15,678 bases of DNA, from NCBI GenBank assembly GCA_964426185.1, contig CAYRPF010000074.1:1-15678 (forward strand), given 5' to 3'. Shown in pieces: positions 15,677 through 15,678 of this stretch (its first letter is position 1; each line of letters opens with the position of its first letter). The stretch comes from an uncultured archaeon (GTDB lineage: Archaea > Asgardarchaeota > Lokiarchaeia > Sigyniarchaeales > Promethearchaeaceae). The translations under genes and the position numbers were made by a program. A model generated the notes under the pieces. It was not told the origin of the DNA and did no database searches. It worked only from the letters and a program-made list of their open reading frames with translations.

Positions 15677-15678
15677 GG

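Noticed and set aside
15602-15678. Plus-strand open frame from the ATG at 15602 to the window edge
   Set aside because: Only 25 codons are visible, and the opposite-strand frame looks more protein-like. It cannot be resolved here.

Overview
AT-rich, gene-dense archaeal window. It is most consistent with an Asgard archaeon (Lokiarchaeia/Promethearchaeia-like), inferred from an Arf-type GTPase fused to an N-terminal longin/uDENN-like domain, archaeal TATA boxes and oligo-T terminators, archaeal-type Hsp20s and GrpE. In order it contains: a 760-aa cytosolic multi-beta-sandwich protein whose core resembles, by eye, the mu-homology domain of AP-mu/delta-COP; a LysE-family exporter; a small membrane protein; an ABC-2 exporter pair; GTP-dependent PEP carboxykinase; the Arf-like GTPase fusion; a 54-aa ferredoxin missing from the ORF track; an hsp20-hsp20-grpE cluster without adjacent dnaK/dnaJ, divergent from an Lrp/AsnC regulator with an acidic tail; and two MFS transporters. 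I found no mobile element, CRISPR array, rRNA or tRNA. The strongest lead is the candidate mu-adaptin-like coat/adaptor protein, possibly together with the nearby Arf-like GTPase. Secondary leads are the heat-shock operator repeats and short perfect tandem duplications at three gene starts. All homology calls come from by-eye motif recognition, not from searches.
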